DNA from: Podarcis tiliguerta | Taxonomy: Eukaryota | Assembly (NCBI GenBank): GCA_965153285.1 | Contig: OZ229111.1 | Direction: 5' to 3' (one strand) | Length of the DNA stretch: 64,000 nt | In this document: positions 26,280-39,000 of the stretch, piece by piece | How the letters are laid out: each line of letters opens with the position of its first letter | How positions within the stretch are numbered: the first letter of the stretch is position 1 | Translations under genes and position numbers: made by a program | Notes under the pieces: generated by a model | The model's database searches: none | Told to the model about the DNA's origin: nothing | The model's input: only the letters and a program-made list of their open reading frames with translations

Positions 26280-27732
26280 ATGCCGCGGCTCAAGCCGCTC
26301 TGTACACAAAGCACCCAGCTGCTTTAAAGCTACTTGGTTTACACTGGATTTTTTTTTTAATTTGCTTTTTTAAAAAAGTTTTTTTGTTTATTTATTTAAA
26401 TGAGCTAGAAATGGTCCTTCTATGACAAGAGAGGTCTGACTTGCGCAGGGCCATTCCCCCACTATTGCTACAGAGCATGGGAAGGGAAGGGGGGTGGGGT
26501 GGGAAGGAAGCAGCGGTCACCACCGGACCAAGGTCCTGCCTGGGCACCTGCTCCCACCAGCAGTATTTACAGCCAGGGATAGCTGGAATGTACAGAGTGC
26601 GAAGGGGAGGGGGGTCAGGGAGTGAGGAAAGTGTAGGTAGTCGGCTGCTGGGGCCAGATGTTTTTGAGGAGAAGCAGAGGAAGCATTTTGTGTTCTATCT
26701 CAGTACCGTTCACGACAGAGTGAAACTCTTCTTAGTGTCTGGGGCTGCCCCCAAGATTCCCACGCAGTACCACAGGGGCAAGGAACTCGTCGTACAGGAA
26801 AAAAATGTAACTTGCCGATGTAGGCCGAAGGCGGCCTTGGACCAGATGGGAGGAATGTTAGTAAAGGCCAGGAATAATAATAATAAAATATAATAATAAA
26901 AGGGGAAAACAAGAGTGGCTCAGAATACTCTGGAGACTGAAAAAATCCCCATGACCATGGCTAGCGTTAGCTGAAGCAATTTGGAAAGTCAAGGGGGATT
27001 TTGTGGGGGACAGGGTGGGAATGCTGTAGAATTTAAGATGAATAAATTAACCTGGAATGTGAAGAAGTGCCAAGTTTGGGGGGGGGGGGCTATGGGGCTT
27101 AGTTTCCTGCAGGACAGTGGGCAGGTTTGGGGCTCGACCCTCTGCATAGCAATGCCAGTCTGGGCTAATGCTGCGTACCCAGTACACAAATACAGTGAGC
27201 AGAATCCCGCCCCAACATGGTGGGAGGGGAGGTGGGTGCTCGACCCGAGAGACAGTGCCATGCAGAGGGGGGAGCAGGGGGCACAGTTTCCTCTCCATTC
27301 CTCACAGCTCAAGACCCATTGGGAGAAGAGTGGCAAGACAGGGGTTCTGACATTGCATACATTGTAAAAAATAAAGCGTTTGGAGTAAATGCAGTGTTTA
27401 TACAAAAAAAAAAGAGAAGAGTTTATTTCTTTTTTTAAAAAAAACAAACCTCCCCCGAAACCTAGTTGCCATGGTTACAGGGGAGGGGAAGGGAGAGGGC
27501 CAGCCTGGGCTCTGTGGCAGTGAGGGAACGGGGAGGCCATGCCTTCCCCCTCCAAGACCAGGCATATTTTATTTTTATTTATTTTTTAAAAAAACCTTTT
27601 TACACTTGAGTTTTTCTCTTATAAAAACACAGTCAGGGGAAACGACGACAGGAGCCCCTGAGGCAAGTGCAGGCCCCAATGGGGGCCACAGAGGGACACA
27701 GGCCTCTGGGCTCTGCTCCACCACCCACCTCC
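26255..27732 (-). other. NOTCH3: NOTCH3 3' UTR (approximate distal end)
   Basis: No recognisable transposon sequence after the stop codon; ends near AATAAA at 26279-26274 followed by a GU/U-rich tract. Confidence 0.65.
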
Positions 27733-28968
27733 TCACGCAAACACCTGCATCTTAGCGGATGGCTCCACTGAAGGCAGCTGGGTGTGGCTGGGCCCCAGGA
27801 CAGTCGGGCTGGGAGTAGATTCAGACCAGTCGGACAAGGAGTGGGGCGAGGGGCTGCTCCACTGCTCTGGGGACTCTGGCGAAGGAGTCAGGTAGGGGTG
27901 CTCACTGGGCGGATGGAGGAAGTGCTTGGGGGTCGCGTCCTGCCCCTGTGTGTAGCTGTGTTGAGAAGGGGGTGTCGGGTAATCCTCGACCCCCGCGGGC
28001 TTCAGGTACTGTGGGGGCCCTGCACGGGGCGCCCCCTGGGCCTCCTGGGGCGAGACAGGCTGGTTGGTTCTCATGGTGGTAGCTGGCGGGGGCATGGGCT
28101 GGGCTGGCTCCTTGGTCTGTGGAGCTGAGTTGGGCAGACCCTGGGAGCTGTGCCCCATGGCCATGTGGCTGGGCAGAAGCAGCCCTGGTGGGAAAGCCTG
28201 GCCTGGTTGGTGCAGGTTGGGATGGGAGGCGGCAGGGTGCACAACTCCTATGATTGGCTGGCACTGGGAAGTGGGGACACGGGCATGCCAATCAAAGGGC
28301 ATGGCCACGGGGCTCACCATGCCCAGGCTGAGCCCCATGCGGCCTGGTGGCACTGACAGGCGGTTCATGGAGAGGAGGGTGCCATCCCCTAGGTCGCTGA
28401 GGCGTGCCAGACTGACAGCAAAGGGCGCCTCCATCATGCCATGGACCATGGGAGTGGAGGGCACTGACAGGGAGGAGTTGGCTGGGTGGAAGACCCCTGG
28501 CGAGGCAGGGTTGGGCACATAGGGGGAGTCCAGTGAGTCAACGGGAGACAGGGTGACAGAGCTCTCCAGGAGAGAGCCTTGGCACTCCAGGTTGAGCTTC
28601 TTGGCACGTGCCTTGGCCTCTTTGCTCTCCCTTGCCAGGCTGGCGCTGCTGCCTGCCGTCGCGTTCTTGGTGCTAGGACGCCGGCTCTTCTTGCCCTGTG
28701 GCGTGGGCTTCAAGCTGGGCAAGAAGCTATTGGGAGGGCACATGAGAGGGGAGAGGGAGTGGCCGGCGGGCAGCGCCCCCTGTGGGCTGCGCACGGTGTT
28801 GTAGTCGTCCAGAAGCCGGACAATGTCGTGGTGCAAGCGCTCCTGAGCCACGTCGCGTGGCAGGCGATCCATGTGGTCTGTGATTTCGCGGTTGGCAAAG
28901 TGATCCAGCAGGATTTTGGCTGCCTCATAACTGCCTTCCCGGGCTGCCAGGAACAGCGGTGTCTCCTC
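27733..28968 (-). CDS. NOTCH3: NOTCH3 terminal coding exon (last ankyrins, NLS, PEST)
   Basis: gcag|[15 protein letters not shown]...[21 protein letters not shown]...KMQVFA-TGA. Confidence 0.95.
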   Translation of the reverse strand, partial: EETPLFLAAREGSYEAAKILLDHFANREITDHMDRLPRDVAQERLHHDIVRLLDDYNTVRSPQGALPAGHSLSPLMCPPNSFLPSLKPTPQGKKSRRPSTKNATAGSSASLARESKEAKARAKKLNLECQGSLLESSVTLSPVDSLDSPYVPNPASPGVFHPANSSLSVPSTPMVHGMMEAPFAVSLARLSDLGDGTLLSMNRLSVPPGRMGLSLGMVSPVAMPFDWHARVPTSQCQPIIGVVHPAASHPNLHQPGQAFPPGLLLPSHMAMGHSSQGLPNSAPQTKEPAQPMPPPATTMRTNQPVSPQEAQGAPRAGPPQYLKPAGVEDYPTPPSQHSYTQGQDATPKHFLHPPSEHPYLTPSPESPEQWSSPSPHSLSDWSESTPSPTVLGPSHTQLPSVEPSAKMQVFA

Positions 28969-30034
28969 CTGCCGCAGAGAGGACAGGGTGATGAAGAGCA
29001 CATACTACAAAGCGTTCTAGAAAAGGAGCCATGAGCTTCTTGCCTCCCTGTAAACCTCCCCACCACATACAGGCAGGGGAGCCACATTTACAGGGATGGA
29101 AAGAGCTGCTCCTGTCAGAAGGAGCCTACAGCAACAGATGTGATTCTGCCAAGCTATGGGGACACATGAAACTTAAAGCAGCACATGATAACCGAAAAAC
29201 AAATGCAATGAAGAACTTACTTTGCTGTCCTGCATGTCCTTGTTGGCTCCATTCTTCAGCAGCGCAATCGTGGCCTCTACATTGTTGACAGCTGCTGCCC
29301 AGTGCAGGGCTGATTTACCTGGGAGGAATGACACCATGCGGATTACTGTAAGTTCTCTCTTTGATACCCAGTCTCAGATCCCACTAGAAGTATTCTGCTG
29401 CATCAGCTCCCTTAACTCTCCTCAATCTAAAGCTACCACCTTGCTCCTCACTACCATCCTCGCCTGTTGCTGCTCATTCTGTACTTTAATGCTGGACCTT
29501 CTGTAGACTCTGGATTTGTCCTCTCAGCAAGTCAGCTGCTTTGTTGTGGAGATGCATGTCCATGTCAAGCAGCTACAGGGTCCCCAGAATCACCAGCAGG
29601 TTCCCCAGAAGGTCTTCTGTCATTTCGACCCTGCACACCAAGACCACGCCCTACTCTCTTAAGACCCCTCCACACAGTAAGGCGTTGTCTTCATACATCA
29701 GGAACGAGGGCCACACATGGATCTTGGCTTATTTTCATGCGGGTGGGAGAGGGGGGAAAGGAGGGCAGGGTGGTGGATTGGAACGGGGAAAGGCGAAATG
29801 GGTGGAATGATGGAAGGGCAGGGGATGCCCTCTGAAAGCAAATAGTTTAGAACTCTGGCTGGGGGCAAGAGTATGTCAGCAATGGATGCTTGGAGAGGAA
29901 AATCCTCTGCACCCGATCAGTTCTGGAGAGAGTTTTCTAGCCCCTTTCCAGCAGTTCAGTAGACAGACTGAAAAAAGAAGAGCCAGTAAAAATAGGTAGC
30001 AGAGGGGGGGTGTCCTATTGACTCTCAAGAATGT

Positions 30035-30089
<55 letters not shown>

Positions 30090-33000
30090 ATAATCCCACG
30101 CTCCTTGTCATGTGTGTAATCCATCCTTTTGCTCCCTCCACCTCTGGCACTCAGGGCTCTATGATGACAGTGGCTCTTGCCTGCAGAGCCTCATCAGAAT
30201 GCATCTAAGGAGCTTAGAGAGGGAAGGAGTCAGGAGAATGGCTAAGTGAATTGCTGATGCTTGAGAAATGCCCAGGGCAACCAGACTGGAGGTTGAGCAA
30301 GTGCATTTGTGGAATTAATTTGGAATACATTTGCAATGCATGTTGTAGTTCTGAGGAGGCCTCCCACTGAAGTTCAGCATAAGGCAGAATAGCCAGGTAA
30401 AAAAACTCAGCCCCCCAGCCTCTCTGGGGGTTACCTACCCATCTCATCCACAGCGTTGACATCAGCATGGCAGACAATCAGCTCCTCCACCATGCCCTCA
30501 ACAGCCAGCCTGGCTGCTAGGATCAGTGCTGTTGAACCATCCCCCATTCGGGCATCCAAGTCTGTAGATCGATTCCTGATCAGGATCTGGCAACAGAACA
30601 TGTTGGTGTGTTAGGTTGGTGCCAAAAACACACACCATCCAAGGCAGCATGTGCACAGTAACACTATTGCCTCAAGTACAGTTCTCACGTTCTCATTCAC
30701 TCTTATCAATGCAAAGTACAGCCAGGCTAACTAACTTTTCATTGTTTCCCCAGAGAGGTAATGAGTGGATAACACAAGAATAACTTCCAGGTGGTAACCA
30801 TCACAGGGGCTCTCCACTTAAAAAGGGAACTGGAGCTTGCTGTTAACATGAGCAAGGCAGAGGAGGGGAATTTATGTCCAGGATTTAAATAGCCACACTA
30901 GTCCATTGGGTGAGACCCACCTGGAAGACTCCCTGGGCATCAGCAGTCACGGCAGCATGAAGTGGTGTGCGCCCTGTGTTGTCTTGTGCATTGGTATCAG
31001 CACCAGCATCCAGCAAGCGCTTGGTAGCATCTGCCCGTGCATATCTGGCAGCCAAATGCAGGGCAGTTTCACCTGTGCGGTCTGTCTGGGCACTCAGGTT
31101 AGCCCCCTGGCAGATTAGGTCCGAGATTATGTTGGCAGAGGAGTCATCTGCTTCCTCTTCCTCAGCCAGTTCAGTCTCCATTTCACCACCACCACGGAAG
31201 GAGGCCAACATAAGTGGAGTGAAACCATCTGTAAGGAGATCCCAACAAGGGTTGTTGCTGTTGTGTTTGGCTTTTTTTAAAAGATTTGCTCTGTTTCTCC
31301 TCTCCCATGTGCCACATACTGGATTAGAACAAAACATGTTGGGACTTGTTACAGAAGACAGGAAGTAACAGATCGATTTTGTTCATCAGACACTGTCTGC
31401 AAAAGCTCTGTATGAGCCCTCGCAGACCCAACTCTCTGCCCTTATTCCCAATTACCTGGTCCACGGACATTGACGTCCATGCAGTCAGTATCAAATTCAC
31501 CCTGGGGTGGCGTCAGGGCCATAGATGGCGGCATGCGGATGTCTGCTGCCACCAAGTGATGCTGTGTCCATTGACGACAGTCCACAGGGTCTTCACGATG
31601 ATCTATGGCTGGCTCCTCCACCTGGCAAGGATGAACACGGGCCTGTAGCTATTATGGAAAGACATAATATGCGCCTATTCACCTAGTGCATCAAACTACT
31701 TCATTGCTGCTTGCAAACACTAATGAGTCAGGCCCACAGTGGTCAGATGCAGGGAGTAATACCTGCGGACACCAAGAGAAAGGGCGGGGAAGGCAGTGGG
31801 GTAGCTCTTGTGAGGAGCTGGAATCCCCTTTCTTAAGCCAGACAAAGTCTCAAAAGGAATACCTTTAGTCGCTTGGCCTCTGGGCACTCTTCCAGCCAGT
31901 CTTCTGAGCTGTCTGGTATTAGGCTCTCTCCTTTGCCAATATTCCTGCAGCAGGGGGAAAGATACACAGTGAAGTCAAACAGTACTGCAGGGCAAACACC
32001 AAGGCTATGGGCTTACACCCTCTTGCTCTTTCCCACACCACAAAATGAAGGAAAAGTTCTCCATCAGCTAACTAAAGCACAATTGGGAGCAAAGTACAAG
32101 CCACAGATAGCTGGCCATCTCCTGCAGAAGCTGAAACCTGCTGCAGGAACTGGGGTTTCATTCTGGGTGAATGAAAGGCTCTTACTTCATGCCTAGGGCA
32201 TCCTGACCCACAGGCTCACGCCGGTTCTTATTGCTGCTCTCTTTCTTCAGACTGAAGCCTTCAGGGAACCAGAGGGTGCTGTGCTCTCTTTTGCGCCGTG
32301 CCACTAGCACACCCAGCACCAGGATCACCAGCAGAATCAGGCACGCCACCACCAGCAATGGCACCAGCTTCAGTTCGCCTTCCTCTTTGATCTTTTCACC
32401 TGTAGAAACAATACCGCCCTATTAGGAGACCCTGTCATGACCTTCCTGTAAACTCCAAACCCAGTCAAATTCTGCTTCCGGCAAATGACTCCTCTGCTGC
32501 CCTCACCTCGCACAGCCTTGAGGGGGTATGGGAACTCTAGGCGCTCCACCGCTGACAGGGCAGCCAGGTAGTCTGCAGCACTATCTGCATCAGGGAAGCA
32601 CTTGTCTGAAGCCTGGTAGCAGAGTCGGTTATCAATCTCAAGAGTGACCTCAGACCTGGAGGAGGAAGCAAGTGTTACCAGGGCCTAGAACTCCTTATCC
32701 AGTAGCACACACAATTCTAGGACAAGGCAAGTCAGCCAGCTCCACAAAAGGTCCTGCTCCCCATTCATCCTTTGGTGCAGGAAACAAGGTCTGTTGCTTT
32801 TTACACACTGAATTTTAGAATGGGCACTTCCCAATACACACATCAAGGAAAAGAACACCCAAGATTCTCTCAGCAGCTTTAATAATCCTAATGTATTTGT
32901 GAAGCACAATCTCTTCTTACAAAATGCAGGCTGACTCTTCCTAAGCAGATCACATTTACCCCGTTTGTTCTTAACGATGCATGCAACCCACTTGCTTGGC

Positions 33001-36000
33001 ATTAACCTAAAGCTTCCAGAGATCCACCACTATCTCAGGCACTCGCTTGCTTCTTTTATTTCATTAGCCACCTTCTGGTACTTTGGCTAAGAAAGCAGTT
33101 AGACATCAGAAGCGGTTCTTGAATAATATAATAAAGTTATCTAAAAAAGCTTGAATGAATTCCCGTCTAGTTATGGAAATCTATCACTAAATAATCCTGT
33201 TATCAGCTCCAAAACAGTTTTTGTGGATTTGTTAGTATTTCCTCAGAACCCTCAGATTTGTATGCCAGTTCTACAGGTTTTTTTTTTCACAGCAGCCTTA
33301 TTCTGTGAAGGCTGTTGGAAGTAGTTTAGCTGGGCCCAACTACCTCTCCTTCCAATTCAGAACCTTCTTATATCCCTCTCTCTATATTCCTTGAGGCCTG
33401 GGTCCTATAATCTGCCCCCCAGACACACACCAAGCAGCTCTCTGAACTCCCAAAGCTCCTTGCTTTTCTTCAGCTCCTCTGTGTGACTCACCCAATAATC
33501 TCTTGTTCCAGTTCCCTGCGTTGCCGACCACCAGTTCCATAATATGGCGTCCGACTGCCAGACCCGTAATATGGCTTGATCATGAAGTTACCGTCCTTGT
33601 CACGGCGGAAGCGCAAGGAGGTTCTCAAAATGGAACTCAGCTTCTGCAGGAAGATGGTGCTTGTGCGGAGCAATTCGTCAGGGTGTAGCAGCACAGTGAT
33701 GACCAGAACGCCGTCCGCCAAGCGCTCGGGCACCTCCAGTGCACAGTCCAGCCCATCCCAGCCACACTCTTCGTTGTTGCAGCCCTGGTCACAATGGCCA
33801 TCAGCAAAGTGATCTGAGCAGTATTTCTCATAGACAGGGCTGTGGAAGAAGGAGGAGGAGAAGGAACTGAGTCACGCCTGTCATAACCAACCCTATTCCA
33901 ATACAGCTCACTGGTGCCTTGTTAAGCCATAAGGAGGAAAGGGCACAAGGCATTATGGGTCTGCAGCAGATTCCTATACCCCACAGCTAACATGGCCAAG
34001 TCTCAGAGCTAGTCAACTGGAAGACATAGAAGGAATTCATGCAAATAATACCAAGATTCTGCCATGTTTGGTGTCGGACATAGGGACGGACATAAATTCA
34101 TAGGTCTCAGTGGAAGCACCTGAGTTTGTGCACAGCACCCCTACACTGCCTAAAATAAGTCTTGGTTCCTCATTTAGTTGGGGTGGCCCTTGATTCCAGG
34201 GGTCTCTGGTATAGTATACACAACCAGAGGCCTCCCCTACTCAAGAGGCAGTGGCAGGACTCACTTGCAGCTGGACTCATGGCTCTTGCAGTCAAAGTTG
34301 TCGTAAAGGCACTCGGCCGTGTTGCACATCTCGTCACACTGGCTGTTGTTGAAGAGCTGCAAGCACAGGGGGCTCTCGCACTGCTTCCAGGGATCATCAA
34401 CTCGCAGGGAACAGTCACCGCCATCCCAGTGGCAGGCTGGACTGTTGCACATCTTGTCACAGTAGAAATCCCCGGCCTTTGCAGCACACTCCTTCAGCGG
34501 GCAGTGGACCTCGGGGAGCTTCAGCGTGCGGGTCTGGCAGCGGAACCCCGTGTAGTCACCGAGACAAAGGCACTGAAAATAAGGGGGGTCAGCAGTCTCA
34601 TGGCAAGCACCCCCATTGTGGCAGGGCATGCTGGCACAGCTGCTGTTGGCATGCAGGCGGCATTCCGGTCCAGCCCACCCAGGCAGGCAGGAGCAGCGAG
34701 GACCCAGCGCTGTGGTCCGGCAGCTGCCACCATTGAAGCAGGAGAGTTCCCGGCAGGAGAGCATGCGCTCACAGCGGATGCCTGAATAACCCTGGAAAAG
34801 AATAACAAGCAGAGTTAGGATTGGAAAGCCGGCCAAGCCCTCAAATCGCTCCAACTGCTGGCCTAACAACAGAAAGCCTCTGGCACCATGGCTGTCCTCT
34901 TACAAACGCTCAGCCTGGTGAATAAATTCTTCCCTCCACAAATCTCAAGGTCCAGCACCCATATCCCGCCCTCAAGAAGTACTTTCCCACACCCCACATT
35001 GCCCCGTACTGGGCACCACTCACCAACGCCATCTCCCCTTATTAGCCAATATTAGACTTCTGCATTGTGTTATGGCACTGCATCAAACTTCTCTTGCAGG
35101 CTTCACAACCAGAATTCCCACAAGATCACGCAGCAGAATTGTTTCCTGCCATTCCCAAGTAGACGCTCCTTCCATGATAAGCCTTGCATTGGAGGACACT
35201 AAACTCTCTACCTCCAAAAAGCCTCCCAGACAGAAACCTTGTCCTAACAGGTACTGAAACTCATTCATAGCACAACACCAACATATCAGCCTAACAGTTC
35301 CCCCACCTAATCCTCCCAACTGCAGTCTTCCTTTTTCTCCCTCGCCTAGCCCCTTGCAGTGTTTGTGTACAGGAGTTGCATTAGCCACTTGCTGTAAGCA
35401 GCTGTGTTGTCGGGGACTCACCCGGGGACAGTGGCAGGTGTAGCCTAGAGGCAGGTTGACTGCCGGATTACACTTCCCACCATTCTGGCAAGGTTGAGAG
35501 TCACACGCATTCACAATGTTCTTGCAATGGCGGCCTGAGGATATGAAAAACAAGAGTATTACTGATGGATTCCAGCAGAACTCAGCCCCAAAGACCACCA
35601 CCACCCTGCTATATTTGGTCTTGCATCTTAACACTAGTTCTCAAAGCTCATCTCATCCAGTCACCATTCCAATCTTTGTTTTAGATCACAAATATGCATT
35701 TAGCTGCACAGTTGGATTCCCCTCCACCCACTTGGTTGAAGATGAACTTCTTTACAGGGGAGAGTCCTCCTACTTGCAGCCCTTGAGCCTGTCTCCTCTA
35801 CGCATCACTTTGGGCACACTCTCCCTTGCCCCTTGCACACATGAAAAGAGAACACACTGTCACTCACCAGTGTAGCCTGGCTTGCAAATGCAGTGGTAGT
35901 CACTGGCTTCCTGGACGCAGTCAAGCGTGTTGCGTGGGTGGCAATGGTTGGACTGGCACTCATTGATGTCTCCCTCGCAGCGCTCGCCTGTGAAACCTGG

Positions 36001-39000
36001 TGGGCAGCTGCATCGGTAGCCACCGACTCTGTCCACACATGTCCCGTTGTTGAGGCATTTGGGGACCCGGGAGCCAGGATTCATAGCACAATCATCTTCA
36101 TTTATTTCACACAAGACACCTAGAGAAATGACAAACACGCCATCACATTAAACATCCAGGCTCAGGGAAGACAAACCTCTTCCTCCTTCTCACAATCCTT
36201 GCATTGTCTCTGTGGAAAAAACAAGATTCCTCGCCCTTTACGGTGCCCAACAGTGAGTCAACATCCATCCACCCATTGCCCTGGGCACTGTTGCTGAAGC
36301 TGTCCTCCCTCAAAAAGAGGCCTGGGAGAACTCTGAGCCCATGTTCTCCATCCTGTGCCCTACGGGGAAATCCAGAGCTCCCTTTCACTATTCTTCAACA
36401 AAATAGCAAATCCAACAATAAACACCTGTGCCCTCAGAACTTAAATCCTTTCCCCAGTCTTGTACTTTCCTACTACAGGTACGATTGGTAAAGGTCTCCC
36501 TATACCCAGGAGCACTTACCCAGAGTTCCAGGTGGACAGGAGCAAATGTAGCGGCCAACAAGATCAATGCAAGTCCCTCCATTCTGGCAGGGGTGTGACT
36601 GACACTCATCAATGTCATACTCACAGTTTTTCCCCTCGAACCCTAGCGGGCACTGGTGTAGAAGAGAAGCAAACAAGACAAAACAGCAATGAGCACAAAA
36701 GGGCCAGAAAGGCTGAAGCCTTGCGTCTTTGAAAAGGTTTCCTGCTCTTGGTTCCATTAAAATTTATGTTTTGTTTGTTAAACTGTACTATTACTGATGT
36801 GTAAAATCAAGTAAAACTAGTACAATTTCATAACGAAGAGAAAGATCCTTCAAGTTGCACCATCCTCTTTCTTGTCCAAATTAAGATTATTAAACTTCAA
36901 TGGGACTTTGAGCAAATAGACTATGGCAAATTATTCCAAGATTTATACAAATAGATCAGCCTGGCTTCATAAAAAGGAAGGAAAATACATAGCAAGAACA
37001 AACATTAAACATAATTATGAAACTGTATCACAAGATCATGGCTAACATATGTTGTTAGAAAACACTGCAGCTCTTGTGGATGGACAAAAAATGTGTATCA
37101 TTTCTGTTTGGTTCCTGTGTAATGCTGTACTTTTTCAATGTCTCCAGACCATAGATAGCGAACCTTCTCCAGTCTGATGGCTACATTCCCTTCTGAGCAA
37201 CCTTCCAGTAGTCATGTGGTGGGTGGAGCCAGAGGCAAAAATGGGTGGAGCAATGACTGTAAATTTTACTTTGTAGGGCAGGCTATTTTCTACACATAAC
37301 ACAATTCTCTGCATCCCCCACAAGGGCATATAAATATTGGTTTGGCTGTGCCTGGCGCGGTGGGAAAAAACTCTTACAGAGAATTTGAGAAACAACACAA
37401 TGGACTTCATTGCTGATATGCAACTATGATGTGGCAAAGAATAAAACAAAAGATGTATGGGTTTTATAAGACATGGTGGAAGTTCAACCAATCTGACCAG
37501 CCATCAAATAGGAGTTACCACCAAAAGTAAGGAAGGTTGCAGTAGTGGGAAAACAATTATAATCCATATCCATATTTCAACAAAATAAAACTTTGGAAGA
37601 AAATAGAGTGGTTTTTCGTGTTTTTGGTTTTTTTTAATTACTGGGAAAATAAGTTGCAGATTTGTGCCATTTTCTTATCTTATTTCGCAATTTTTCACTG
37701 GACATTCAACAACTCATCATTAAATGTCATCAGGTTTCCCAGAGTTCTGAAGAGACACCAGGAGCCCTGGCCTGTTACTGGCTGCAAGGACTTTCTCACC
37801 TCACAGACGTAGTCTCCCACAAAACTGCGACAGGTGCCCCCATTTCGACACAGGTTGTACTGGCAGTGGTCCACTTCACTCTCACAGTAGCTGCCGGTGT
37901 AGCTTTTTTTGCAAATGCAGTAGTGAGTATTGCCAGCATCCACGCAACGGCCACCGTAATGACACACCTGCTCTTTGGTCACACCTATTGTACGGAAAAG
38001 CAAATTACACATTGTGTACTGCTACATATTCTGTCCTCCTGTTTCCAAAGGATGATTAGACAAAGTGACTAAAAGCAGGGTAAGTGAAGACTGAAGCAAC
38101 ATTGTACAAGCAAGTTGGTCATAAGAACAGAACCCAAGGGCTTCCTCCAAGCACTAGACTTTCTTACCCACCACAATTTAAAAGACACTTTATTGGGGAA
38201 GCACAACATATCCCAATGTTTCCTAAGTCAGAATTTAATTTACATTTCTGTAAAATGTAAAAAAAAGCCTCTTTAGAGTCTTGATAATAGAGGTTAAATT
38301 GTGACAGAACATGCAACGTGCTCCAGTACTATAGCAAGACCAGGGAATCCAGACCAACTCTCCATTGCCCTCAGCCATTATCACACCATTTTGAAATTAT
38401 TACAGAGTTTCATATACAGAACTACCACTTCGGCAACAACATTTGCAGCTTTTATTCTGCTCCTAGAAGCATGGGAAAATTGACTTCAAACGTTGAGAAT
38501 TTTTAGTTTCCAGTGCCACTGGGAATAGCCGTCTGAACTATTGAATGGAGCACCGGTGAACCCGAGGACATTGTCCCCGCATCAGTGAAGGCAAGTCACA
38601 TTCACTGTGTCAACTCTGGAAGTCCTGTATCAGCTTTGCCAGTGAGCATAAGCTGATAATGCTGGGGAGCCTGGATGACAAACATGCGTCATCAAGGTCA
38701 CCGAGGAAGCAGATAGCAGAATAAATGAGGAAGAAGGGCTTCCGTTTCACTGCCCCTGGAGCATGTTTCCTTACCTCGGTTCCTGGCCACCACTTCACAA
38801 GAAACATTGGGGATGTCGCAGTAACGCCCAGTCCAACCTCCAGGGCAAGCACAGGATAAGGTAGTGCCTGTCTGCATACAGCGGCCACCATTCTGACAGG
38901 GGGAGCGACTACACAAATCCAGCAGGGTCTAGAGGGGACATGACAAGGCAAGAGATTTTGTGGCAAAATAAAAGCACCCAGCTCCCACCTACAATGACAA

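Noticed and set aside
27053-27075. A miR-1/206-like miRNA gene on the plus strand
   Set aside because: No complementary arm for a pre-miRNA hairpin was seen nearby; better explained as a target site on the minus-strand mRNA.
27784-29034. Several 80-150 aa plus-strand ORFs antisense to the last NOTCH3 exon (also 34162-34785)
   Set aside because: Expected shadows of GC-rich coding sequence; no recognisable domain, promoter or splice structure.
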